NCBI GenBank assembly: GCA_950097015.1
Contig: CATNEN010000033.1
Location: forward strand, 3,968,001 to 4,032,000
Source: Macrostomum hystrix
Lineage: Eukaryota > Animalia > Platyhelminthes
Length of the DNA stretch: 64,000 nt
Reading direction: 5' to 3'
Positions 11,501-26,300 of this stretch are shown piece by piece; position 1 is the first letter of the stretch; every line of letters begins with the position of its first letter. A program made the translations under genes and the position numbers. The notes under the pieces were generated by a model. The model ran no database searches. It was not told where the DNA came from and saw only the letters and a program-made list of their open reading frames with translations.

Positions 11501-14500
11501 CAGTCTTCGGTCTCCGCTAATCTGGCTTCCAGTCCCGCGTTTGGCCTGGTTGCCTGTCTGCAGCTGCGCTGTCAAAGCTGCCGGCTTGACAAAGGTGCGA
11601 AAAGTGCCTACTACTCTACTGCTCACAATGTTAGTAGTCTGATGCGAATATTTTGTCTTTTTATGTACTTTAGTTGCAGATAAAGAATTGGTTCTTAGCG
11701 AAGATCAGCAGCATCAGCATCAGACGCAGCAGCAGCAGCCAATCGCGTCAACAGGCGTCGAAACTGAGCCGTTGGAGGCCGCAGTCGCTGCCTCCCTGGC
11801 CCAGTGCCAGGACCTGCTGATCCCCGTGACCAAGCGCTGCCGGGCCAGGCCCGCAGTTCGCCTTGGCTCCCTCGCCTGCCTTCGCGCCCTGGCCGGCCAT
11901 CCGGGACCCCGGCCGGACTCGGCCAGGCTGTCCGAGCTGGCCAGCTGCCTGCTGGGCCTCATGAAGGAGGACGACAACTTCCAGGTTCAGCTGGAGGCGT
12001 CGGCGGCATTTGCAGCGCTGGCTAGGAGGCACGATGGCAGCCAGCAATGGGAGGCGGTGTTCTCAGGTGTGCTGGACCAGTTGGAGATCACGGACAACAG
12101 GATGCAGAGAACCGACGGCCTCATCTTCGCCTGCTACCAGCTCGGCCTGTGAGTTGCTTATGGGATCTGAGACGGAAAATGTACAATTGTTCAATTTACG
12201 CGATTCCTGTACTGTACAATTGACCCCCGTGCATCCGATTCCTGCTCTGTGCAATTGACCCCATGCATCTGATTCCTGCTCTGTGCAATTGACCCCGTGC
12301 ATCTGATTCCTGTGCTGTGCAATTGCCCCCTTGTCTCGCGCAGCTCCGTGCCCGCCTCGCAAGTGCCCCGCGTCCTGCTGCTGCTTGCGCAGCTGTCCAT
12401 GGTCAGCCTGGAGCCGCAGCGGGCGCTGGCTCTGGCGCGCCACTTCGGGCGCGACCTGCTGCGCAGACGCGACCTGTCAGGCGAGGCGGCCCTGGCGGCG
12501 GTTCGCTGGCCGCTGGCCAAGCAGTTTCTGCGCGCTCTGCTTCCGTCGCAGCGCTCGATCATCACTCCGTCGTCCGGAGTGTCGATGTTGTCAACTTCGG
12601 CAACGCCGGCGCCGGCGTCGGCGACAACATCGGCTGAAGCGATCGGCGATGGCGTCAGCCAGCTGCCCAGGTTCTGCTCGGCCCTGTCCGTGTTTAGCCT
12701 GAGCCTGCGGGCTACCCTGCTGCGCCTGGCCGAGCCCGCCCTCTGCCTGGCCCTGTTCTGCGAGTGCTCCGACTTCAGGGCGGTGACGCTGGAACTGTTG
12801 GGCGTTGAGGATAAGCCCGGCATTGTTGCGCAATTGCGGTCTAGGTGAGAATCTGCGAACAGAACACAGGTGTGGAAGTTCAGGAGGTGTGGAAGTTCAG
12901 GAGGAGGTGTGGAAGTTCAGGAGGAGGAGTGGAAGTTCAGGAGGAGGTGTGGAAGTTCAGCAGGAGGAGTGGAAGTTCAGGAGGAGTAGTGGAAGTTCAT
13001 TAGGAGGTGTGGAAGTTCAGCAGGAGGAGTGGAAGTTCAGGAGGAGGTGTGGAAGTTCAGGAGGAGGAGTGGAAATTCAGGATGAGGTGTGGAAGTTCAG
13101 GAGGAGGTGTGGGAGTTAAGGAGGTGTGGAAGTTCAGGCGTGGAAACTCAGTGTGAGGTGTACATAATGTTGAGATTATAAAACCTACCCGCAGAGGGAT
13201 GGTGCCGCACATATTCCTGCACCTGTTGCACCTGCGAGCCCTGCACGGTGAAGCCAAATGGGATGAGGGAGTGTGCCAGCTGTACGACCTGACAGGAGCC
13301 AGCCTCCACAGCCAGCTGGCCAGCGTTGACTCAGTCCGCATCGTGCAGCTGCTGGCTGTCCGCCTGTGGCACCGTCAGCCAGGCGGCCTGCTCTACGGCT
13401 TCCGCTACCTGCTAAGCCATCGGGTGGTGCAGCCGGCGCCTGCTGCTGCCGGAGGATTCGACGCCAGCGACGAGAGGCCGCCGTTCGAGGACTGCACGGA
13501 CGAGGAGCTGGCAGTGAGCAGCCGCACTCGAGCACTCAACCCATCTCTTCCATTTCTTCCCTATTTTCATTTTGTTTTGTCTCACCTCCTCCTGCTCCAC
13601 CCATAGCCTTCGTTTTCCCGTTCTCTCTCCATATCCCTCTTCCATCGCTCCAGCTCTTTCGCTTTTCTCCCTCTCCTTTCTTACCCGTCCCTATTTATCT
13701 CCCGTACCCATTTAACTTCCTCCCATCTATCTCCCCTCTCCCTTCTATCCTTATCTTCCCTTCTTTCTTCCCCTCCGCTTCTATCTCCCTATTCCCTTCC
13801 ATCTTCCTCTTCCCTTCCATCTTCCTCTTCCCTTCCATCTTCCTCTTCCCTTCTCTCTTCGTCTTCCCTTCCATCTTCGTCTTCCCTTCCATCTTCCTCT
13901 TCCCTTCCATCTTCGTCTTCCCTTCCATCTTCCTCTTCCCTTCCATCTTCCTCTTCCCTTCCATCTTCCTCTTCCCTTCCATCTTCCTCTCCCCTTCCAT
14001 CTTCCTCTTCCCTTCCATCTTCATCTTACCTTCCATCTTCCTCTCCCATTCCATCTTCTTCCCTTCCATCTTCCTCTTCCCTTCCATCTTCCTCTCCCCT
14101 TCCATCTTCCTCTCCCCTTCCATCTTCCTCTTCCCTTCCATCTTCCTCTTCCCTTCCATCTTCCCCTTCCCTTCCATCTTCCTCTTCCCTTCCATCTTCC
14201 TCTTCCCTTCCATCTTCCTCTTCCCTTCCATCTTCCTCTTCCCTTCCATCTTCCTCTTCCCTTCCATCTTCCTCTCCCCTTCCATCTTCCTCTTCCCTTC
14301 CATCTTCCTCTTCCCTTCCATCTTCCTCTTCCCTTCCATCTTCCTCTTCCCTTCCATCTTCCTCTTACCTTCCATCTTCATCTTACCTTCCATCTTCCTT
14401 TTCCCTTCCATCTTCCTCTCCCCTTCCATCTTCCTCTTCCCTTCCATCTTCCTCTTCCCTTCCATCTTCCTCTTCCCTTCCATCTTCCTCTTCCCTTCCA

Positions 14501-17500
14501 TCTTCCTCTTCCCTTCCATCTTCCTCTTCCCTTCCATCTTCCTCTCCCCTTCCATCTTCCTCTTCCCTTCCATCTTCCTCTTCCCTTCCATCTTCCTCTT
14601 CCCTTCCATCTTCCTCTTCCCTTCCATCTTCCTCTCCCCTTCCATCTTCCTCTTCCCTTCCATCTTCCTCTTCCCTTCCATCTTCCTCTTCCCTTCCATC
14701 TTTCTCTTCCCTTCCATCTTCCTCTTCACTTCCATCTTCCTCTTCCCTTCCTTCTTCCTCTTCCCTTCCATCTTCCTCTTCCCTTCCATCTTCCTCTTCC
14801 CTTCCATCTTCATCTTACCTTCCATCTTCCTCTTCCCATCTTTCTTCCTCTCCCCCCGCATCCTACTTCCCTACATCTTTGCTGACAAACGTTTCTTTTT
14901 CCATTTATAAATTGAATTTTCATCCTTTATTCACACTGTGTCCCATTATTCTTGCTCCTTCCCAGAGTGAAGTGCTCCAGGGCACCTACCTGTTCCCCGC
15001 TCTGGCCTACTTTGACACCCACCTGCACTGCGGCCTGCTCACCAACGAGGAACGCCGCGAGGCCCTGCTGAGCATGCAGATATTCCTGCGGCTCATCGGC
15101 TCCCGCAAAGTCAACCGGCTGCGAGTCAAGATTCTGTCCACCGTCAAGTGAGTCAGTTAAGCTCGGCTGTCTGATATTTTTATGGCTTTTTCGATACATA
15201 TCGGCTAGGATGCTCCTATATTTCTTGCCAGAATCGGCCTGACGTTTCAGCCGCGGCACTACTATCTGGAAGCCAACGCCCAGCTGTGGCTGACCTACGT
15301 TACTCTGTAAGAATTGCTTATTAACTTTGTTGCAATGCATACTACAGATTTTTTCGTTAGTAGTATGCTTGTTTCAAGAATATAAGTAATAAGTTAAAAA
15401 TCGTTTTTACACTTTTTTGTAGCATCGATGATCAGGACCTGTGCCCAATGCTCACAGACATTGTAGCCAATCTGCTGCCAGTGCTGACTGACCACACTGA
15501 AGCCTTCCTGCCCGTGCTGGAGCACCTGGTGTTCAAGAAGCGGTAAGAGGACATTGCAGGTGCACTTCCAGGGGTTCCGCAGCCCATCACCCTAAACAAA
15601 CCCTGGTTCCTCGGAGCTTGCAACTCAATGGTTAGAGCTTCGAGCAGATACCTCCAACCTGGTTCCACAGACCTTCAACCTGGTTCCACAGACCTTCAAC
15701 CTGGTTCCACAGACCTTCAACCTGGTTTCACAGACCTTCAACCTGGTTCCACAGACCTTCAACCTGGTTCCACAGACCTCCAAACTGGTTCCACAGACCT
15801 CCAAACTGGTTCTACAGTACTCCAAACCCTCAAACCTGGTTCCACAGACCTTCAACCTGGTTCCACAGACCTTCAACCTGGTTCCACAGACCTTCAACCT
15901 GGTTCCACAGACCTCCAACCTGGTTCCACAGACCTTCAACCTGGTTCCACAGACCTCAAATCTGGTTCCACAGACCTTCAACCTGGTTTCACAGACCTTC
16001 AACCTGGTTCCACAGACCTTCAACCTGGTTCCACAGACCTTCAACCTGGTTCCACAGACCTTCAACCTGGTTTCACAGACCTCCAACCTATTTTCACAAT
16101 CCAATTTCTCACTTTTCAGCGCGGTAACCAAGGACTCTATCGCGTGTCTGCATTTTTTGGACTCAATCAGTTCGCATTGTCCCAGATTTCAACGAATCCG
16201 AGCAGAAATTGAAAGGGCCACGCCTAGGTGAGCGACTTCAATCCGCTATCTTTGCGGCATAATTTGTCATTCAAATATGCGTTTTCTTGTGATTTAACGA
16301 TTTCAATAAAATTAGACTCATTGTTTCAAACTCAAACAAATTTCATTGTTTGTTTTACTACTCTACTGATAGTAGTAAAGTAGTAATAAAAATGCACTTC
16401 TTTGCTCGCGGAACTGTCTAAATCCCTCTACTAAAAGAATTATATTTCTCCCTCCCAACCCCGAACTTCAGCGATCTGGAGGGCCGCCTGCGCAACGCTT
16501 TGAACAGCGTCGCTCACGAGAACAAAGACCTGCGCCAGCTGGCCCTGTCCAAGCTGCACCGAATTCTTCTGTCTAGCGCCGATCTACTCTACGAGCAGGC
16601 GGCCAATGGAGGCGGCCTGCTGCCTGTCCTGTCCTGCCTGCTGGGCCGCCTGGTGGCGTTGGCGCCTCGCGTCTGCACCGACGTCAGGCTGTCACGCGCC
16701 CTGGCCGCCTGCCTCGGCGTTGTAGGCGCGGTGGACCCTGCAAGGTGCCCGCTGAGTCCCCCAGTTCACTTCTGATCCCCTCAGCTCCCTTCTGATCCCA
16801 TCGGTTCCCTTCTAATCCCCCAGCTCCCTTCTAATCCCATCAGTTCCCTTCTAATCCCATCAGTTCCCTTCTAATCCCATCAGTTTCCTTCTAATCCCAT
16901 CAGTTCCCTTCTAATCCCATCAGTTCCCTTCTGATCCCCCCAGTTCCCTTCTAATCCTATCAGTTCCCTTCTAATCCCATCTGTTCCCGTCTAATCCCAT
17001 CAGTTCCCTTCTGATCCCCCCAGTTCCCTTCTAATCCCATCTGTTCCCTTCTAATCCTATCAGTTTCCTTCTAATCCCATCAGTTCCCTTCTAATCCCAT
17101 CAGTTCCCTTCTAATCCCATCAGTTCCCTTCTAATCCCATCTGTTCCCTTCTAATCCTATCAGTTTCCTTCTAATCCCATCAGTTCCCTTCTAATCCCAT
17201 CAGTTCCCTTCTAATCCCATCAGTTTCCTTCTAATCCCATCAGTTCCCTTCTAATCCCATCTGTTCCCTTCTAATCCTATCAGTTTCCTTCTAATCCCAT
17301 CAGTTCCCTTCTAATCCCATCAGTTCCCTTCTAATCCCATCAGTTTCCTTCTAATCCCATCAGTTCCCTTCTAATCCCATCAGTTCCCTTCTAATCCTAT
17401 CAGTTCCCTTCTAATCCCATCTGTTCCCGTCTAATCCCATCAGTTCCCTTCTGATCCCCTCAGTTCCCTTCCAATCCTCTCGATTTTCCCTATGATCACC

Positions 17501-19736
17501 CTGATCCCCTCATTTCTCATCTGATCTCCCATTCCCCCGCACCCTCCATTGTCTCCCACCCGCAGGCTGTGCCCGAAGGAGCTGCAAGCTGAGGAGGCTG
17601 GCAGTCACGAGCACTCGCACGTGTTCGTCAACTCACCCGACTTTCCTGTGGTGCTGATGAAGGAGCTGGCCAAGCTGTACATGTTCGCGGACACCACCAA
17701 GGATGAGGTGAGCTGGCTGCTGTTAAGGCTTCTAAAACGAGCCTTCAAAGCTTCACAAGCCTGAATATTCACAATCCCGAATCTTCACAAACCCGAATCT
17801 TCACAAACCTGAATATTCACAATCCCGAATCTTCACAATCCCGAATCTTCACAAACCCGAAACGTCCCAAACCGAAACGTCCCAAACCGAAACGTCCCAA
17901 ACCCGAAACTTCACAAACCCGAATCTTCACAAACCCGAATCTTCACAAACCCGAATCTTCACAAACCCGAAACGTCCCAAACCGAAACGTCCCAAACCCG
18001 AAACTTCACATAACGAAATCTACCAAATCTGAATTTTTAAATTTAAGTCTTCCCAAAGGAAAAGCTTTCTCGAATGATTTGATTCAAAGCAAAATATTGA
18101 AGTTTGTTTTGCAGATAAACAAAGAAATCCAATTGATTTTTTTGCCTGTAATGTATTAGATTTTTTTGTAATTGCTTTTTTCAATCATGCACTGAAGTCG
18201 CCCAGTTAGATTTTATGCGCGTGATTTACTACTCATGCAGTAAGTAGCTAGTATGTATGCGTGCGTATGTACAGCAGTGAGGTTGGTGCAGGCAGTCAAT
18301 GCTCATCCATTATTCAACGGTTGGTACAGAGTAGAGGAAACAGAAACAGAAGAAATTTTTAAGAAAAACATTAGCGAAATTTGAACATAAAAAATGGTTC
18401 GTATTTTCTTTACATGGTAAAAGTGTACCATCGCTAAGCCAACACAAAGTTCATACTATGGAGACACTTTTCTTAAATGTCATTGAAATGTCAATCAGGT
18501 GAGTTCGGTCCTGCTGAGGTCCTTCGCATGGTGCGGGAGGGCAATCACAAAATGAATAATCTCTACAGGTGTTAAACAGTGCTTTCTGCTGCTGTTGCTT
18601 TGAGAAGAGAAGCTCCCTGCTTGGCTCGGGTTGACGGACTCAGCCGCTGAAGCTGTCCTGCACCGGCGCCTCCTGTCGGCCCATCCAGTAGGCGTACATG
18701 TCGCTGCAGTGACGGAGGTTAGGGGTCAAGAGGCTTGAGGCGGTCATTGGTTAGGGGTCATGAGACTTGAGGCGGTCATGGGTTAGTGGTCATGAGGCTT
18801 AAAGCGGTCATTGGTTAGGGGTCATGAGGCTTAAAGCGGTCATTGGTTAGGGGTCATGTGGCTTGAGGCGGTCATTGGTAAGGGATCATGAGGCTTGAAG
18901 CGGTCATGGGTTAGGGGTCATGAGGTTTGAAGCGGTCATGGGTTAGGGGTCATGAGGCTTGAGGCGGTCATGGGTTAGGGGTCATGAGGCTTGAGGCGGT
19001 CATGGGTTAGGGGTCATGAGGCTTGAGGCGGTCATTGGTAAGGGATCATGAGGCTTGAAGCGGTCATGGGTTAGGGGTCATGAGGTTTGTAGCGGTCATG
19101 GGTTAGGGGTCATGAGGTTTGTAGCGGTCATGGGTTAGGGGTCATGAGGTTTCAAGCGGTCATGGGTTAGGGGTCATGAGGTTTCAAGCGGTCATGGGTT
19201 AGGGGTCATGAGGTTTGAAGCGGTCATGGGTTAGGGGTCATGAGGTTTGAAGCGGTCATGGGTTAGGGGTCATGAGGTTTGAAGCGGTCATGGGTTAGGG
19301 GTCATGTGGCTTGAGGCGGTCATGGGTTAGGGGTCATGAGGCTTGAAGCGGTAATCAGTGAAAGGCCTTGAAGCCTGGCGGGTCGTTAATTATATATAAT
19401 ATTTTAGACCGTCTGTATTTTAAGAGTCGTTATGCATGAAAAGGTCACACACGGGTGGTAATTATCGTCAAGGTGACTCACCGGAATGGCGCCCCGGATC
19501 CGCCATCTTCGCTGCTGCTGCCGGCAGCTATGGAATAGCCGTCATCCTTTGTCAACTGTTGGGACCAGGCGGACGCTGCTGCTGCTGCTTGCTGCGTGTG
19601 CTGCTGCTGCTGCTGCTGCTGCTGGAGGAGAATTGCGGAAGCTGGTGATGAGGCTGCCTGAGGCGTCACGTGGCAGTTGCTGCTGCTGTCGCCGCTTGGT
19701 GTATCCACGCTAGCAGCTGGCGACGGCAGGCTGAGA

Positions 19737-19768
<32 letters not shown>

Positions 19769-19907
19769 GTAAGGGGAGATTTCAAGCTGCTGCGAGTAGC
19801 TGTGCTGCTGATGCTGCGGATGAAGCTGCTGCAGATGCTGCTGCTGCTGGTGCATGTGATGCGGCAGCTGGGCAGTGCCGGGATAGCAGTGACCGCCAGT
19901 TGAGAAG

Positions 19908-19966
<59 letters not shown>

Positions 19967-20265
19967 CATCTCGTCAGCGCTCTGTGGAGCAAAAGTTAAA
20001 TTAGTTTAAATATGAAATGCGATTCAACTTATTATTGAATCTTCTAAGGTTTTGGCCAGGTCGCTCACCATCATGCAGGAGCCTGTGTCCAACGGACTAG
20101 AATTAGGATTCGCGTAGTACATCATGGCATGATGGTGCATGTGCTGCTGCTGATGCTGCACAGCCTGCTGCTGAAGATGGTGCTGCTGCTGATGCTGCAC
20201 AAGCTGGTGATGATGATAATAGTTGCTGTGGTGTTGCGGTTGTTGTTGGGCCGGCTGGTGCTGTG

Positions 20266-20312
<47 letters not shown>

Positions 20313-23300
20313 TGCTGGTAGTAGAGATGTCTTTGGGTCATTCCTTGTTGCTGGTAGTATCCCAAGTCAATGTAGGTTGTAGCATTGCCATAGCCAATTG
20401 GTGTTTCCTGAAATTAGTTGCCAATTTTGGAATTTTTTACATGCGCATTGTTAATTTGTTGCACAAGATCCCTCCTGGGACTAAACCCAACGCCAGTTCT
20501 TACCATAGACACCAGGCGAGCCTTGTAGGCGGCCAGCTTGCGCAGGTACTCCTTCTTGGCGGTCTCTGTGCGCTTCTTGTAGTCCTGGCAACGAATTGTT
20601 TTTGTGAATCAGAATTATTAACAAAAATGTGGGATTCCCTATGTTAATTAAGGCGCGTAGAAGCCATATCGCATATCGAGAAACTTTCTCACTAAAAATA
20701 ATGTTCACAAATGTATTATTGTTATTGGCTTGGCTGTAATTTAAGTGGCCGTGTGAATCGACCCGCATTTCGAAGCAGATTTTTCATTTTATGGGAGAAT
20801 TTTTCGTGTCAAACCACTTAACTCGACCTGCATTTGTGCGTGTGAAGTGACTCAGCTGGTGTATCTATTAGTGACAATGTATGTATATATTTCTAATTTA
20901 ATACTTGCCCACAGTGGACGGGGACCCAGAGCAGTGTAGATAAAGACAATTCATTCAATTGTTCCTAAAAAAACAATGTAAAATATGCAGGGCCAGTGTT
21001 GCATTATTGTTTTGCCACTGAATTTTATTTTGACAAAAGCAGAAGAAGTTGCTTGAAAAAAGCTCTGGGAATCTGAACTGAAAGACGGGCCGCGGACAAG
21101 AGGGAGACACTGCGGTTGGGATTTTTTGTGTCCGTCCAGTTTCATTGTCTGCTGCCAAGCCCGCAGCCACCCGCAGCCACCCCGCTGAGTCCGCCAAATC
21201 CTTCTAAATAGTTTGTCCAGTTGCTAAAGAAAATACAATGCCAGGACAAGAACAATGTCATGAAATTATATCTGACAGGATTTGGGATTCTGATTCTGCC
21301 TAAATCCTTTGTAGAATTCTTTAACCCTTGAATTCACTTCCAGATCCTGCTCTGGGATATTGCTGGGATATTGTGACTTGCTCTCAACCATCAACCCACC
21401 CTCCGCTCGCTGTCTCTTCTTTTCAATAGTTTCGGAGTCTTGCCGCTTGCCACCTGGCCTTGGCTAATTACTTATTCACACTTTCTCTCCCTTGCCACTA
21501 TGCATTGCTGCTGCTGCTGCTGCTGCTTCTCTGGCCTGAATTCATGTATAATCCTCTTAACTATAATATTTATGTTAATATTAGGCTAGTAAATGAAGTA
21601 GATTTTACTGACTTGTGGAATCTTGGGCTGTGAGTTTTCCTAGACCTAGAGAATTGTCTCTATCAATTTTGCACAATAATAAAAGCAAGGAATGGATTTG
21701 CTTTAGCTCTAAACTATGTCACTAACGTGTGCACCAGCTTATAAATTAATCAGCAGTAATGGTATAAATTGTATTTTTATATTCATTTTTATCTATATAT
21801 TCTGTTCGTTTCTTTTTCCACAGGGATAGACTAGCAATCAATTCTATTCATTCATCCACAGGGATAGACTAGCAATCAATTCTATTCATTCATCCACATG
21901 GATAGGCTAGCAATCAATTCTATTCATTCATCCACAGGGATAGACTAGCAATCCATTCTATTCATCCATCCACAGGGATAGATTAGCAATCCATTCTATT
22001 CATTCATCCACATGGATAGACTAGCAATCAATTCTATTCATTCATCCACATGGATAGATTAGCAATCTATTCTATTCATTCATCCACAGGGATAGACTAG
22101 CAATCAATTCTATTCATTCATCCACATGGATAGATTAGCAATCCATTTTATTCATTCATCCACAGGGATAGATTAGCAATCCATTCTATTCATTCATCCA
22201 CATGGATAAACTAGCAATCCATTCTATTCATTCATCCACATGGATAAACTAGCAATCCATTCTATTCATTCATCCACATGGATAGATTAGCAATCCATTC
22301 TATTCATTCATCCACATGGATAAACTAGCAATCCATTCTATTCATTCATCCACATGGATAAACTAGCAATCCATTCTATTCATTCATCCACATGGATAAA
22401 CTAGCAATCCATTCTATTCATTCATCCACATAGATAAACTAGCAATCCATTCTATTCATTCATCCACTATGGCTAGTCTAGCGATCAATTCAGTACCTGT
22501 TGTTGCAGGTTGTACTAAAAGGTAAAAAAAATTCCGACCAGAGCTCCATTTGATCAGGCACACTTTAAATGGTTCATTTTTACAAAGCAATCGAGCCAGC
22601 CAGCCCCCTCTTAGACGCCACCATTTTTGCTATATTTTTTAAATAATTGAATGAGTTTCCACAAAAAAGTTGGACCTGTCCGTCATGTCATTCATTGCAG
22701 CTCCAAATTTGCTTAACTTTTTTGCTTTATTTGCTTCTGTGTGCACTATGCAAGGGCCACTTTCCCCTTAATGTTTTTTCCTATTCCCCTTCCCACTATT
22801 CACAATGGGCCACTTGTGAAATCCTCAGTTTTTAACATCATCTCCGTGTTGCAGCTTTGTAGCAAATAGAAATTTCTCCACCACATTTTTGTATTTATTG
22901 AATGAAAAGTTTGTCAGCAGAAGCAGTTGCTGGATAGACAGGTTTGAAATCCATCATTTTTCTGCTCTGACTGCTTTGGGATTTCTTACATTTCTGATCT
23001 TTAAGTTAAATATCTTTGTAAATGGGTCTTTTTGCATCTAATAGAAAACTTAAGATGTGTACTAAGATCACCTTGGGATCTATCTAACTATTCATGAAAT
23101 TCAATTCCATGGCCATCTTGATGGTCCTCTACCGTTACCACCAGTTATGCATTGTGGACAGGTAGATGCCAGTTAATAATTAACTATTTATAAGTTAGTA
23201 AGGCATTGTGGACAGAACAGAATAGTGCTCCCATGAGACATGCCTGCAGATGCGCCAGTGTGTCCCATGCAGGTGTCAAGGCTATGCTTGTAATATCCTG

Positions 23301-26300
23301 CATTATAAATGCCTTCTTTTGTGACCAAGTTTTAGATTGATTTTGCGGACAAATTTCGTGTTGTGCCCAGCTTGCCGTGTTTACTGGCTTTTCTGTCGGG
23401 ATTTTAACATCAACATGCAATCTGTGCATGCTCCGATTCCATCCCAAATTATTCTAGTGGTCACCTGAGTTTCGGCTTCCCCCAAAAGATCCCCTCTCTC
23501 TAGCTTACAATGAAAGTTTGAAATGCCATTGTTCGGACTGAGTCGAGCTGTGGTCCCTGGGACAAATTTTCCAAGCAATAAACAGCGCCAGCCTTTACGA
23601 TGCAGCCAAGCCGCTCATTACTGCCAGGATGTCTGGAGCCGGCGGGACCTGAGCTTGTCTGAGAAGATCCCATTGCTTTTAATCTGATGTCTAGATCAGC
23701 CTGCTAGATTCCCTCTTTGCCAGTTTCTGGCCAGACCTGGCTGTCTGCTGCCCCCTGTTCCCTTCTCATGTTTTTATTGGCTTTGAGCTTTGAGCTGCCG
23801 TGGAACAGGTCGAGACACGTGCTCTGCAGGCCCGGGATGCCATTGTCCGGGCCTCTGCTTTTGCCTATCTACTAAATTCATCTGCTAGGGATATGTCTTA
23901 TCTTAAAGAGGTTCTGCCTGCGCTTCTGAAATTAATGCCCATTCCAAATCTGCTTCGCAGTTATTAGCTAATAAAAAGTCTGGAAAGATATTGTGCTTGT
24001 CCTTATGTTGTTAAATTGCAATTGCCCATGCTATTCAATTAAACTCTAATTCAAATGAGAAATTTCGCATTCCTTGTGTGGCTTCATTTTTAATACTCGT
24101 ATATTCTAGGTTAACTCGGCCTATAATATCTGAATAGACCACTGTAATATCGGGTCTGAGCTATAGGGTGTCATTTTTATGTAACGTTATACTCGTATTA
24201 TTAACTATTTTTTTAAATACTACGCAAATTATACTTAAGCAGTATCTTCCTAGATTGACAAAAGATGTTAAAGGCCCATTCTTATTTCTTAGAAATCTAG
24301 CCTTAAACCCGGAGAATAATGATAATCAAGGGACATTAGTCTAGGGCGAGTCAATTGTGTTTCGAATTTTAATCCACTGCTAGATCAGTAACAATTTTGC
24401 TTGAATCATTCGACACACAATACACACAAATCCATGGCTATTTCAATAATGTGTGCTCATTTGGACTGCACATTGTGGCCCTTCTATGCCCCGTTTTTTA
24501 TGGCCAACCCATTCACTCGGCCTATCTTATCAGCCGACTCAATCTGAGGATTTCATCTCGCGATTCAGTTTTTTAAGCCGATAGGAAACGGCCCCACTTG
24601 TATCGTGTTCCACTCGCTTTACGCTAGAGCCAGGTTTTTGTTCAATTTAAGCCCAAGACTCCGCGCTGTCAATTCTGAGACTAGTTTTTTAGATATTTGA
24701 GAACTGAGGAAGCGGCTTATCTTGATGAGGCAGAAGTGACAAATTTGGCTCCATTGCCATCCGGGACTGGCACTCACATTCTTATCCTCTTGGTCGAGAT
24801 TGTCCCACATAGACGCCACCAGTTTGCTGATCTCGCCGAAGCTGGCGTCCGGCTTCTTGGCCTTGATCTTGGACTGCGTGTCGCGGAAGAACATGGCGTA
24901 GGCGGACACCGGCTTCTGCGGTTCGTGCGGGTCCCTCTTCTTCTTCTTCTTCGGCTTCTTCAGCTTGGCCGCCGCGCCTCCGCTGGCGATGGGAGCCGCC
25001 ATGCCCGAGCTGCCGAGGCCGTGCTGGCGCAGCAGGTGCTGCTGCTGCTGCTGCTGGTGATGTTGATGCAGCTGATGGAGCTGGTGCTGCTGTTTCATGC
25101 AGGCAGCTTCGTCCATGACTCGTCCGGTGTCAACACCGACAGCCCGGAGCTCCTCGGAGCCGCAGGTGGCTCCGATGTCGGGCAGGTCAACGATGGTACC
25201 AACCGGCGGGAACTGGGGTATCCCGGCCTGCTGACCCGGATACGGGGTCTGTTGCTGGTACTGTTGGTGATGATGCTGCTGCTGCTGCTGGTCTCGCTGG
25301 TAGGCGCCGGCTGGATAGTTGCCGCCACCCCAGGCCTGCTCGATGGGTTTGTTTACGGTTATTCGTTAATAACTCACTTGCAAGTGAATATTTCGGCTAT
25401 GTGGATTGGACATTAGAGCATTCGTCAATTTCGCATTCCGTGTTTCAGCTGTTGGGTAGGCAAACTGCGGCCCGGAAAGCTCGCGAATCTACGTCTCTCC
25501 CCTGTCTCATCTCTCCCCTGTCTCATCTCTCCCCTGTCTCATCTCTCCCCTGTCTCATCTCTCCACTGTCTCATCTCTCCCCTGTCTCATGTCTCCCCTG
25601 TCTCATCTCTCCCCTGTCTTATCTCTCCCCTGTCTCATCTCTCCCCTGTCTCATCTCTCCCCTGTCTCATCTCTCCCCTGTCTCATCTCTCCCCTGTCTC
25701 ATCTCTCCCCTGTCTCATCTCTCCCCTGTCTCATCTCTCCCCTGTCTCGTCTCTCCCCTGTCTCATCTCTCCCCTGTCTCATCTCTCCCCTGTCTCATCT
25801 CTCCCCTGTCTCATCTCTCCCCTGTCTTATCTCTCCCCTGTCTCATCTCTCCCCTGTCTCATCTCTCCCCTGTCTCATCTCTCCCCTGTCTCATCTCTCC
25901 CCTGTCTCGTCTCTCCCCTGTCTCAACTCTCCCCTGTCTCATCTCTCCCCTGTCTCATCTCTCCCCTGTCTCAACTCTCCCCTGTCTCGTCTCTCCCCTG
26001 TCTCATCTCTCCCCTGTCTCGTCTCTCCCCTGTCTCATCTCTCCCCTGTCTCATCTCTCCCCTGTCTCATCTCTCCCCTGTCTCATCTCTCCCCTGTAGT
26101 ATCTCTCCCATGAATTATCTCTTCGGCCTGCGGTATGTTTAAGGTTCGCTGATCATTGATTTAAAAAAGTCGTGCTGAAAATTGGTGATCAGTGAATTGA
26201 CTGGGAAAAGCATTCAATCAAGTTGTTTCAATTAGCCCAGCAAAGAATCACAGGTAAGCACATTTTGTCTGTCACAATTTCTATCATATGCTAATCAGGT

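Noticed and set aside
13366-14910. 514-aa (FPSIFL)n and 388-aa (MEGKRK)n ORFs
   Set aside because: 18-bp intronic repeat inside ATR intron 15
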